Source: Rebecca billardiae RCC1528 (taxonomy: Eukaryota > Protista > Haptophyta). From it: 64,000 nt of DNA. Below are positions 23,736 through 35,809 of the stretch, in pieces. A program made the translations under genes and the position numbers. A model generated the notes under the pieces. The model was not told where the DNA came from. It saw only the letters and a program-made list of their open reading frames with translations, and made no database searches. The stretch lies in assembly GCA_965240325.2 (NCBI GenBank), contig OZ251230.1, positions 1,612,001-1,676,000 on the forward strand, given 5' to 3'. Position 1 is the first letter of the stretch; the number at the start of each line of letters is the position of its first letter.

Positions 23736-26614
23736 ATGGAGCGTAGCGAAGCGGAGCGCGGAGACCGCGCGCACGGCGATGGCAGCGTGGATGGGCAGCT
23801 CCATGCGCCGACAAATCGCTCGGTGCATGCGTTTGCCCTCCTCCCCCTCCGCGCTGAGCGCGAGCGCATCAGCGCGCCCTCTGATGACGTCGACAACGAA
23901 GCACGCGCGCTGCAGGCGCGCGAGGCTGCTGCCGCGGTCAAAGGGGGCGAGCACGCGCCGACGACGAGCGGCGGCGAGCGCGAGGACGCCAGCCTGGCGC
24001 ACGACGACGAGCCGCGGGGACCCGCCGACCCGCTGGCCCCCGGCCCACAACACGACGATGAAGGGTCTGGCTTGTCACGCGACGACGAGGAAGTCAATGA
24101 CGACGACGCCGAGACGGAGGTCTCGGACGAATATGAGCAGCGCGAGCAGCCCGCCGCTGTCGATGCGCGGGGCGTGGCTTCCACGCACCCAAACCTCGAA
24201 CTGCCGCAGGAGGCCGGCGTGCGGGCTGGGCGCACCTCCGGCCTTGTCGGCAAAAGGCAGCTCAACTTCCCCACTACAGAAGAGGCCGAGCGTGAGCTGA
24301 ACGAGGGGCTGCTCGGCACGGCGCGCGGCTTGGCGGCAGCGGGCGACGAGGTCCCTGATCCGCCCGCCGACGGTGATGACGCGAGCGAGGCGCAGCCCCG
24401 CGCGGATCGCCTCCCCGGGCTCGCAATGCCGTCGCTCAACATCACGCGCGTGCCGCGCAGCAGCTTCATCGGCGTGCAGTTCGACCGGCGCACCGCCGAT
24501 GCCGAGCGGCCGTGGCGCGGGCAGTTCTGGTACAACGGTGCGCTGCAGCCCGCACCCGGATCATACGCGACGGAGGCAGAGGCCGCTCGCGCGTACGACG
24601 CGCTCGTGCGCGAGCTGGGCCTCGTCGGCGTGCAGCAGCTCAACTTCCCCAGGCCGGATGAGCGCGAGGCCAACGCGCGCCGCGGACGGGGCAAGCGGGC
24701 GCGCACCGCTGCGCGCGACAGTGACCCATCAGCCGGCGATGCTTGCGCGGGGTCCGCTGCCGAGCCCGCCACGTTCGATGGGGCGCATGGTGCGCTGGGC
24801 GCCGGCAGCGCGATCGGCGCTGACGGCCAAGCACTGCCACCCGCACGCGAGCCGCAGCTTGCCGAGGGCGTCGGTCATGCTGGACAGCACTACTACGGCT
24901 TGTGCTTTGACCGGCGGTACGCATCCACAAAGCCATGGCGGTGGGAGACGAGGCACCTCGGCGCGAGATACCATACGGGGATGTATGCAACCGCGGAGGA
25001 GGCGGCCCGCGCTGGCGACGAGCTCGTGCAAGAGCTTGGCTTCGTCGGCATCAAGCCGCTCAACTTCCCCACGGAGGCCGAGGCTGCGCTCGGCCACGGC
25101 CGCGCACCGGGCGGCGCTGGCGTTCAGCAGCGCGGGGAGGAGGACGAGGAGGCGGATGAGTTCGAGGAGGGCGATCCGCTCGGGCGGACGGGCCCGAGTG
25201 AGGACAGCCCCGCGCTGGCCACTGAGCCACACCCGAGCAGCTCCATCGCGCGAGCACCGAAGCATGGCTTTGTGGGCGTGGTCATCGACAACAAGAGGCC
25301 TGCTTGCAAGTGGGCTGTGAAGTTCAAACACAAGGGAGGGAACTATCGGGCCGAAGGTTCATATGCGACTGCCGAGGAGGCCGCTCACGCGTACGACGAT
25401 CTCGTGCGCAAGAAGCGCTTCGTCGGCAGCAAGCCGCTCAACTTTCCGAGGCCGGAGGAGTGCAGGCGGAACGAGGGCTGCGCGCAGCAGAATCGCCCGG
25501 CGGCAACGCCTGAGGCGGCGCAGCATCAGCGTCGCCCTCTCGCAGCACACGAGCTCGAGCGCCGCGCTGGCGACAGCGATGCTGAGCAGCCGACTGGCGG
25601 ATGCGCCGCGCAGCCGCGCGCCGAGCATGCTGAGCTGGGCTCGCGCCTCGATACCGCCGTCGACGGGAGCGCCAATCGGTCTGTGCCGCCCGTGCCCACG
25701 CGCCTGACGGTGCAAATGCCAAATCCACTGGCCGCGGGTGGCACGGGCGATCTGGCGGCGCGAATCGCGTCGCTGGAGGCGAGCGCGCAGGACGCGGGCC
25801 CCCGGCACGTGCTCGAAGCATGCGCTGAGACCGCTGCGCATGCTTCGAGCATCGTCAAGCTCAAGCTGCAGCTGCAAGCCAGCGATCGCGAAGTCAAGCA
25901 GCTGAAGGACGCCAAGGACGAGCTGAAGAAGGAGCTGCAGCGCAGTGAGCACCGACTCGAGCTTGCTCAGCATAAGCGCGATTGCGAAGTCGATCAGCTG
26001 AAGAAGGAGCTGCAGCGCAGTGAGGATGAGCGCGAATGCGAAGTCGAGCAGCTGAACGAACAGCTGCAGCGCGCGCAAAAGCGAGCTGCAGCGCGATCGC
26101 GAAGTCGAGCAGCTGACCGACGAGCTGCAGCGCGCGCACTCGTGCGAGCTGTCACAGCGCGATCGCTCGAGCGAGTGCAGCTCCATCGCGTGACCAACGA
26201 GCTGCAGCAGCGCCATCGCGAAGTCGAGCAGCTGACCAACGAGCTGCAGCGCGCGCGCTCGCACCTGCGGCTGGCCGAGCAGGTGGCTGACCGCGCACGC
26301 GTGTGCTCGCTGCGGCAGGTGCTCGATCCTCTGGCGGCGGCCGCAGGCTGCAGGTACGCGGGTGGTCGGGTCGCACCGCCGCGCGCGCGCGCGTGCGTGC
26401 TGATTTGATGATGGCCGGGTGCGCCACCGCTCCGCGCCGACCAACTCTCACCTCTCACTTGCCCCCGCGCCCGCCCGCCTCACGCCTATTCATTGACTAC
26501 TCGCAATAATTCTTGTACACGCGCTTGATCGGCTTGGCTAGCAGCCCTGCAGGCGTCATGATCGAGGACCAGCTGGAGTACATCCGAGCACTCGAGGAGC
26601 GTCTTCTCGCCTGA
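23736..26614 (+). CDS. AP2-domain protein, paralog 3 (3 intact AP2 domains, one deleted, expanded coiled coil); exons 23736-26353, 26545-26614
   Basis: Mosaic of paralog 1 and 2 sequence. Intron 26354-26544 sits at the same position and phase as in paralog 1; last exon PAGVMIEDQLEYIRALEERLLA*. The ORF is also open upstream of MERSE, so the start is uncertain. Confidence 0.8.
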
Positions 26615-26645
26615 AGGTCACTGCTATGGCACTCCACAGCGCCAT

Positions 26646-27390
26646 GTGCCCATCTCCTATCCCGGATTCCGGCCATCACCCGGGTCCAGCGGCAGCGGCA
26701 GCTGGCACTGGCAGGCTGGTGCCGGCGGTGGCCGGCACGGCTCGGACGCCGACGTGACGCGCGGAGGCCTACTTGACGGTAGCCGGTGGGCCCGGTGGCG
26801 GCACCAGGGCCAAGGGTGAAGGGTAGTCGTACTGTGACTCTGATACATGCGCGTGATACATTGGGCGATGATGCGGCCGACCGCAGCGCTATACTTAGCA
26901 CCGACTTGGCGGTTCGTCACCGAATTCCGAAAGCCCGCGCCGTCCGTAGTCTGCGCAGCCTGCCTGCTCCATCAACCGCGAGTCCAATAACGTGATGACC
27001 CACTTGAGCAGTATATATTTGTGCCCATCTCCTATCCCGGATTCCGGCCATCACCCGGGTCCAGCGGCAGCGGCAGCTGGCACTGGCAGGCTGGTGCCGG
27101 CGGTGGCCGGCACGGCTCGGACGCCGACGTGACGCGCGGAGGCCTACTTGACGGTAGCCGGTGGGCCCGGTGGCGGCACCAGGGCCAAGGGTGGAGGGTA
27201 GTCGTACTGTGACTCTGATACATGCGCGTGATACATTGGGCGATGATGCGGCCGACCGCAGCTATACTTAGCACCGACTTGGCGGTTCACCGAATTCCGA
27301 AAGCCCGCGCCGTCCGTAGTCTGCGCAGCCTGCCTGCTCCATCAACCGCGAGTCCAATAACGTGATGACCCACTTGAGCAGTATATATTT
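26646..27390 (+). repeat. Head-to-tail tandem duplication (~375 bp + ~370 bp)
   Basis: 26646-27020 and 27021-27390 both run GTGCCCATCTCCTATCCCGG...GCAGTATATATTT with only a few small differences. Confidence 0.92.
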
Positions 27391-27818
27391 GGACGTCTGC
27401 ATCTGTAAGCTAGGTCTGCTGCTGCCAGATCGACTACTATAGGCCTGCTAGGACCTAGCAGGTGACTCCACAGCGCTTATATGACAACCTCTTTGTACCG
27501 ACGACGGTCGTAAGTCTCAGACGGACAGGCTACAGTACAGACGCTACGGTCGTAGCAGATCGACGAATGATGGCGGGTGCCATGAGCCATCGTCAATGAT
27601 GATGACGATGCGCTATATCTCCGTATATCTACTATATCGTCATCATCTATCTATCTCGCACGCGCGCTGCTTATCACGCCGTCGTCAATCGTCATATATA
27701 TCATCGTCATCAGTCGTCGTCGTATCGTCATGACTCATGATGATGCAGCGCTAGCATATATCATGGCGCTTCCCCCTACGCCCCCTGGGGCTGGGCCCCG
27801 CCGCCCCGGACGCGGTGG

Positions 27819-30427
27819 CTACACCTCCGAGCCGTCCGCGTTGGGCGCCGGGTGCGTGAGCAGGCACACGCCGCGCAGCACCCACTTGTCGCTCGGCTCG
27901 GCGGACGGCAGCTCGACCGCGCAGACGAAGTGCGCGAGCGTGCGCGCGGACGCGCGGTACAGCGGGCACTCGTACAGGTGGCGCTCGGACGGGCCGAGCC
28001 CGGCGCCCACGCCGCCCGCGCCGCCGCCCTCGGCCGCGTGCGCGCCGCCGGGCTGCGCCCAGCCCGGCGCAGCGAGCACGTGCGGATGTGCGAGCGCCAG
28101 GCTGTGCAGGGTGCCGCCCACCGCCGCGCTGTCCGCCGTCCGGCCCGACGCCGTTGCGCGGACGGCGGCGGCGGAGGGGGTCGCGGCCTGCGCGCCGGCG
28201 AGCGTCGAGCTGCGCCGCTCAAGCCCGCCGGCGGGGGCGCCGCCCTCGCCGAGCGCCGTGGGCGGGATGGCGGTGAGGTGCAGCAGCGGCAGCGGCTGCG
28301 ACGCGACCGTGCGCGGGTGCAGCTCGGCGAGCCGGCCGCTCGTGCGGTCCCAGCGCGCGCCGTCGACGAAGAGGCCTGCGTGCGGTGGGCGGCAGGGCGC
28401 GCGGGGCACGCGCGCGGGGGGCGCAGACGGGGCGGCGGCGGAAGTCAGAGCGAGGCGCGCGCGCTCGTCGTCGTCGCAATCGTCGCCGCGCGCTCGGCCG
28501 GCGCGGCGGTTTTTGGCCGGGGGGCGCAGCCGCGCGCGCACCGTGCACATAGATGCCTTCCTCAGGCCCCCTGCGCAGCTGCTCCTTCTCGAGGGGCACG
28601 ACCTCCGCGCACGTGACGAGCGAGTCGAGCGCCCAGCCCTCCTTCGCGTGCCGCCGCGCCGCCTCCTGCCGCATCGCCGCGAGCAGCGCGACGGGCGCGA
28701 AGAGGCCATCCAGCCAGAACGAGGCGGGCGGGCCGTCCCGAAGCCAGTGCAGCAGCTGCTCGGCGCGCGCTCCGATGGCCTTGACCCACCGCCCGATCGA
28801 CATGGCGCCCACGCCGATCGCGGGCGTGGACGGCGCGTCGGCGATCGCGCCGCCGAGCTCGCGCACCCACGCCTCGGGCACGCAGCCGCGCGAGAGGTCG
28901 TCGAGCACGGCGCTGAGCGCGGACGGCGCGCGCAGCGAAAACTCGCCGTGGAGCGCGCGCTGCGCGGCGCCCAGCGTCGCCCTCGCCGCCTCGATCGAGC
29001 CACGCAGCCGCGCGACTTCGGCGTACAGGCACACGTTGAGCGGCCGTCCGAGCACGCCGCCGTGTCGCTTCAGAGCCTCGCGCACGCCCGCGTCATCTGC
29101 GCGCGCACGCGCGGCGCGGCGCGGGCGCGGCGCGGAGGGCGGCGGGGTTACACCCACTTGTGACACGCGCCCGTTGCCCGGGCTTGCGCGGGCGCGGGGT
29201 GGCGGCGTGGGCGAAGACGGCTGCAGCGCACGGGGACGGGGCACGCCTCCCGTGCGCCGGGCCGCGCGCGCGCGCGCACCGAGCACCGCGGGCAGCGCGG
29301 CATAGAGCTGGTCCACGCGAGATCGCAATCTCTCCTCCTCCGAAGCGGCCATGCCGAGCGCGCGCGCGATCGGGTGCTCGTGGTGGTCGGAGCCGTCGAG
29401 CGGCGGAGTGCCGGGGTGCGGCGGCGAGGCGGCGGCGTGGGACTGCGGCGAGTACGACGCGCGGCGCGAGCGCGTCTGCAGCTCCGACGTCGGCGTCATC
29501 GGCCGCAGCCACACGGCGCGCGCGCCGCTCGCCGTCGTGCCCGCCACCGACGCGCCGCGTCCCGCGCGCCGCTCCGCGTCCGCGAGGCCCTCGAGCGATC
29601 GCTGGAACGCGATGGCCTCGCGGCGGCGCGCGGCGAGCTCGGCGGCGGCGGGCATGCCGAAGAGCGCGGCCGGCTCGGCCGCGGGCAGCCCGTCGATGAA
29701 CTTGCGGTAGCTCTCCATCTCCAGCGCGAACGGCAGCACGAACGCCGCCGAGCCGCCCACAAACGAGAAGGACGTGTCGGTGAGCGCCGGCGACACCCAC
29801 GCGCGCGCGTGCGTGGCGAGCGCGCGCGCGTCGTACGCGTCGGGCGCGGCGCCGCCGTAGTGCACGTCCGCGGTGAGGTGCAGCGCCGCGCCCCAGTCCA
29901 CCGGCCGCTTCCGAGCCTCCGCGTCCGCGAAGAGCGCGTGCAGGGACACGAGCGCCGACGCGTGCTCGGCGCGCCCAAAGTTGTACGCCACCGCACAGCC
30001 GGCCGCGCCGAACCGCCGCCGTCCCATCAGGACGGCGTGGAGCATGCCGAGGGCGTAGAGCGCCGCGCGCCACGCGGCGCTGCCCACGGCGTCGAGCGTG
30101 TCCTGCGTGAGCCACGAGTACGCCTCGGCCATCGTCGCGCGCACGCCGCTCGGCGGCTGCGCGGCGCGGCGCGGCGGCGCGGCGGCGCGGCGCGTGAGCG
30201 CGCGCGGCCGCGGCGGCGGCGGCGCGGCGCGCGGCGCTTGCCCCCGCCGCCTCACACTGTGCGCGCCGGCGCGCGCGGCACGCGGCACAGGTCGGGCGCA
30301 CGCACGCACCTCGGCCACGAGTGTGCGCGACTGGTGCAGCAGGCCGAGCGGGAAGCTGTCGTGCGGCTCCGTCGTGAGCCACAGCCGGAAGTCCGGATGC
30401 ACCTGTGCGCACGCACGCACGCACACA

Positions 30428-30463
<36 letters not shown>

Positions 30464-33400
30464 CGTACGCACGCACGCACGCACGCACGCACGTACGCAT
30501 CGTCGAGGGAGGAGGCAGCGGCGGGGGGCGTGCGCCCGGGGCGAGCGCTCGTCAGCCGGCGCCGAGACGGCGGCTGCTTCCGGCAGCAGTCGTCACGCAT
30601 GGGGCAGCATCCAGCCCAGTCGCGCGCAACTCGACGCCGCGCTCCGCGCGTGCGCACGCGCGCCGCGCGCCGCCGACTCCGCCACCCCACCCTCTCTCTG
30701 CGCGCGTGCGCGTCTTCGGCCCGCGCGCGCGCGCGTGCGCCGTGGGCTCACCTCGTCCACCTTCTCGATGAGCGGCTCCACCTCGGCGAGGAAGCCGATC
30801 GCGAGGTGGCAGTTGGGCAGCACCACCCACGCGCCCTGGCTCATGCCCGTGCCAAGCAGTTTCCGTCCGTGCAAGTCGAGGGCCGCGTGCGCGGACAGGT
30901 AGCGGAGCACGCGCTTGCGCCGCCGCGCGAGCTCGGCGATGGCGACTGCGGGGGCACACGACGCGGCGCGCGCGCGTGGCGTGCGCAGTGCGCGCGTGAG
31001 CGCGTGAGCGTGCACTCGCGCGGCGTGGGTGAGCTCGGGCGCACGCGCCTCATCCGCGCACCCGCGCGCGCGCGCGCCGCGCCGCGCACCGAGCGGGTCG
31101 ACGGATGCGCCGCGCGGCAGCAGCATGATGAGGGGCGTGACGGCCGCGGTGCCGCCAGCGCCGCCGCCCGCCGCGCCCGCGCGCGGCGCGCCCGGCGCGG
31201 CGGGCAACGCCTCGAACTCCGCGATGGTCGGGAGCGCCAGCGAGGCCGCCCGCACGCCCAGAGCCTCATCGGAGAACAGAGTCGCTGCCGGCTGCAGCCG
31301 GTCCTCGCGCAGGCAGCGCACGAGGAGCAGCCTGCGCGCGCGCGTCGGCGCAGGCGCGCGCGGCGTGCAGAGCGGAGGGCGACGAGCGCGCGCGCGCCGC
31401 GCTGCGTGAGACGGGCGGCTCGCGCCGGCGGCGGCGGTGGTGCGCACGCGCAAAGGGAGGGCCGGACGGGGCTGCCGATGCGAGGGCACGGCAGATCGGC
31501 GGTCTGGCGCGCGCGCGCGAGCCGCGCGCGCGCGCGCACCGCTCGAGCGGCGTCGTCCTGTCGTGAAGATCCGGAATGTGATCGGACTCGGGTGTGTCCG
31601 AGTCGATCCACTTGCGCCACTGCGCCTCGTTCGAGGCGAGCGAGCCCGGGAGCGTCGTCAGCCCGACGGAGACGAGCGCGAGCGCGCTCGCCAGGCGCCA
31701 GCTCCGCTCGGGCAGCCATGGCGGAGGCCGCTCCGGCTCCGGGAGCGCGCGCAAGCGCTCGGGCGAGGCAAGCGCGGCCGCCCTGGCGCAGGCCTCGTCG
31801 GGTGAAGCCAGGAGTAGCGCACTCGCCGCGTCCACGCTCAGCCCCCCCTCCGCGCGCCCCGCCAGCTGCAGCGCCAGCCGCAGCAGCCAGATCGCGCGGT
31901 CCCGCCCGAACGTCGTGCGCGTGACGAGCGCGCACGCGTCGCGCGTGAGCTGGTGGCTGATGAGCGCCGCGCGCTTGGACGCAAGCGGCACCCGCTCCGA
32001 GGCCTCGAGGGAGCTGTCGACGAGCTGCATGAACTGCTCGAGCGAGGTCTGCGCGGCACGCGGCAGGCGGGGCGCGAGGGGCGGCGCCGAGGGCGCGCGC
32101 GCGCGCGCGAGCGCGGCGATCGGCGCGTCACCAATCGGCGCGTGGCCGCGCTCGCCCCTGCGCGGCGGGCCGGGCGGGTGCCGAGTGCGCAGTGCGCGTG
32201 TGCAGGGTGCCGCGTGCCAGCGGCCCCGCGGCGGCACGCACCCGGTACATTGCGTTGAGCGCGTCCAGCTGGCTCAGCAGCGCAAAGACGAGCGCCGCCT
32301 GGCCGGCGGGCGCCCTGAACTCCTCGCGGGACGCGGCGAGCCGCGCCGCGCGGTCGGCGACGGTCGAGAGGCGCTCGCGCGCATCCGCCGTGACGCGCTT
32401 GGTGCGCGCGAGCTCGTCAGGCAAGCTCGCGTCGTCGAGAACGCCGCCGGTCGCGCGCGCGAGCCGCTCGAGGATCTCGACCTCGAGGTGGCCGAGCGTG
32501 CCGTCGAGCGTGCACGCCTCCTCCGTGAGCCGGCCGTGCTCGGACTCCACCTCGGGGCGCTCGGCGCGCGTGATGCGGCCGAGGAACAGACACTCGAGAC
32601 CGCCGACCGTCAGAGAAGCGTCGATCACGGCCAGCCGCGACTGCGCGCTCGCGCCGAGCCTCGGGCGCGCGTGCCGCGTGCTCAGCGTGAGCGAGAAGTC
32701 CTCGTGCAGCTCGAGCTCGGCGCCGCCGACCCAGACGATCGCCGCGTGCCGCCCCGCGACGCGCACGGCCGCGCGCTCGATGAGCGGCGTGAGCAGCGGG
32801 TCGATGCCGCCGCCGACATCCGAGACCAACAGTGAGTGGCCGCGCCTGATCGCGTCTTCTACGGTGGCGCCAAACTTGCGCGAGGTCTGTAGCACCTCGC
32901 GCACGGCGGCGGCGGGGTGCGCCGCGGTCGCCAGCCCCTCCGCCGCGCCCGCGCGCTCGCGCACCCACGCGGCGCCGAAGCCGTGCGGGTCGATCAGCAG
33001 CGGGCAGCGCGTCGCGTACGCGCGCGCGAGCAACTCGGAGTTGACCGCCGAGGCCTCGTCGACCACCAGACCGCGCGCGCTCCACGCCGCCGCCGACACG
33101 TCGGCCAGCAGGAGCGAGCGCACGTCCGCGCCGCCGGGCGTGTGCGGCAGCCCCCGCTCGCGCGCGTCGCGCAGGATCGACGCGCACAGCGCCGCCTGCC
33201 GCGCGTCCGCGTCGAGCGGCCCAGCGTACGCCACATACGCGGCCGTGAGCGCCACGTCCGAATCCAGACGCCGCAGCTGCTCCTCCGCCTCGAGCCGCGC
33301 GCTCGCCCAGCGCTCGCGCTCCGCGCCGAAGGAGCCCATGAGCCGGTTCGCCGCGTCGAGCCGGCGCTGCAGCGAGTCCACGTCCGCCTGCAGCGCGTTC

Positions 33401-35776
33401 TTGAAGCGGAGCGCCTCGTCGAACGCGCTCTGCAGCGCGGAGACGTCCTGCTGCGCCGCATAGTGCTCAGCGAGCGCGCGCGAGTGCTTGGCTGCCGCGT
33501 ACCGCTGCCGCGCCTCCTCGCGCCGAAGCTGCCGGATCTGCGCGCGCGCGGACGCGGCCGAGCGGTGGTACGCGTACATCGCGCCCGCCCACGCAGTGAG
33601 CGCCGCGAGCGCGGGGTGCGACTTCTTCGCGGGCTCGGGCACGTCCAGCCCGCTGCCCGCCGCATACGGCCAGAGAAGCTCAAACTGCTCGTCCGAGATT
33701 GAATCTCGCTCGAAGCCGGAGACCGCCTCGGCGAGTGAGCCGCCTGCGGCGAGGAGCGGCGCGGCGTGCCGCCACGAGTCGGCCAGGCTGTACCGCCCGT
33801 CCTTGCCGCGCGCGAGGCTCGGCGCGTCGAGCTCGCCGTACAGCAGGATCAGCGTCGCGTCGAGGCCTCGGCGCAGCACCTCGTGCACGCTCTTGCCCGC
33901 CTTGGGCGCGCCGCCTAACTCCTTGGCGTGCGCGTGCAGCGAGACGAGCGCGCTCTCGGCGTCGGCGAGCGCCGGGCGCGCGTCGACGAGCTTGGCGTCG
34001 ATCACGGCGCGCAGCGCGTCCGCGGACGCGTCGGCGGACGCGGCGCCCTCGCGCGCCTGCACGAGGTCGAGCCGGCGGCGCTCCACCTTCGACGTCGAGA
34101 TCGTGATCTCCTGCAGGAGCGCCCCGTTGCGCTCCTGCGCGGCGGTGAGCTCTCGGTCGCGCGTGTGCAGCTGCGCGCGCAGCGCCTCGAGCGCGACCGC
34201 CGCGTCCGCGAGCTGGTGCGAGCCCACCGCGAGCCGCGCGCGCGCCGCGCGCAGCTCGGCGCCGCGGCTCGCGCGCAGCTCGACAAACGCGTGCAGCAGC
34301 GCGCGGTACGCATGCGGAGGCGCGTGCGCGTACGGCGCGCCGCGCCGCTCCGCATACGCGCCGCCGCCCATCACCGCCGCGCCGTGGCACGCGGCGAGGT
34401 GCGAGGCGAGCGCTCCGGAGACGCCGTCGAGCGAGCTGTCCGCAGCAGACGCCTCGACGCTCGCGCGCCGACGGCCGGGCGCCGCCGCCGCATGCGCGTC
34501 GGCGGGCTCGAGCCAGTGCGGCGGCGCAGGCGGCGACGTGGGCGTTCTCGGCGCGGCGCCGAGCGCGTCGCGCAGAGACACAAACGCGAGCGGCGTCATC
34601 GCCGCCGCCGCGTCGAGCGACGGGGCGGGCGGGGGGTTGAGGTGCGAGGTCGCGATCTCCACGAGCGCGCTCTCCGGCCACGGGTCGAACCAGTCCACCG
34701 TGCACGCGCGGAGCAGCGGCGGGAAGCGCTGCGCAAGGCGCGTGACGCCGCCGTCGCGCGCGGACGCGGCGAGCACGACACGCATGTGTGCGCGCGCGCG
34801 CGAGACGAACAGGTCCCACAGCCGCTCCGCGCCGGGCTCGAGGCCCCCAAGCCCACTGTCCGAGCTGCCGCCGTGCCCGCCGCCGCCGCCGCCGCCGTGC
34901 CCACCGCCGCCGCCGCCCCCGCCGCCGCCGCCGCCGCCGCCGTGCCCGCCACCGCCGCCATGCGTTCCATGCAGGTGCTCCCGCGCCCAGATCGGCCCGA
35001 GCTCGCCGAGCAAAGCGTCGCGCTCGTCGCGCTCGAAGATGCCCGGGATCTCGCCGCTGGAGAGGAACGTGGCGAACACGTCCGCCACGCCGTCGTCCGC
35101 CAGCGCCTGCTCGGGCACGTGGATGACGACGCCGCCGCCGCTCGGCGGCAGCGGAGGGCCGGGCAAGGCGGCGGGCGCGCCGTGTGCCTCAGACGAGCCG
35201 GCGGCGGGGGGCGGCGCGATGCCGCCGGCGTACACGCCCGCCGCGCGGTACAGCGGGCGCAGCTGCGCGAGCACGTCCGCGCCCGCGGGCGTGCCCGCCG
35301 GCGGCAGCTGCACCGACGCGCACCCGAGCCCGGTCACAAACGCCGCCAGCCGAACGAGCGCGCGCCGCCCGCTGCCGGCGACGCCGACGAGAAGCGCTGC
35401 GCCGCGCGGCATGGCGAGCACGCGCGCGAGCCGGGCGAAGTGCAGCACGGCGTCGTCAAAGAGGACGAGCTGCGCGACGCTCTCCGCGTCGCGCAGCGCC
35501 GCGTGCGTGTGCAGACGCACCGCGCGGCCGCTCGCGCCGCGCGGCACCGTCGGCGCGCGCGGCGGCGCGGCCGCGCCGCCGCCCGCGCCGCCGCCCGCTC
35601 CGCGCGCCGCTGACCAACCGTCCTCAGTGACGTCCGGTGCGGCGCCGTGCCTGCCGCCGCGCTGGCTCTGCGTCGAGGCGTGCCGGCTGAGCGCGCTGCC
35701 ACCGGCTCCGAGCGTCGAGCTGTGCCGGCTGAGCGCGCCGCCACCGACCCCATGCGCCGAGCCGCGCCGGCTGAGC

Positions 35777-35809
<33 letters not shown>

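Noticed and set aside
24950-25365. Diversity-generating retroelement explaining AP2 hypervariability
   Set aside because: Changes are not adenine-specific, and there is no reverse transcriptase or template repeat in the window.
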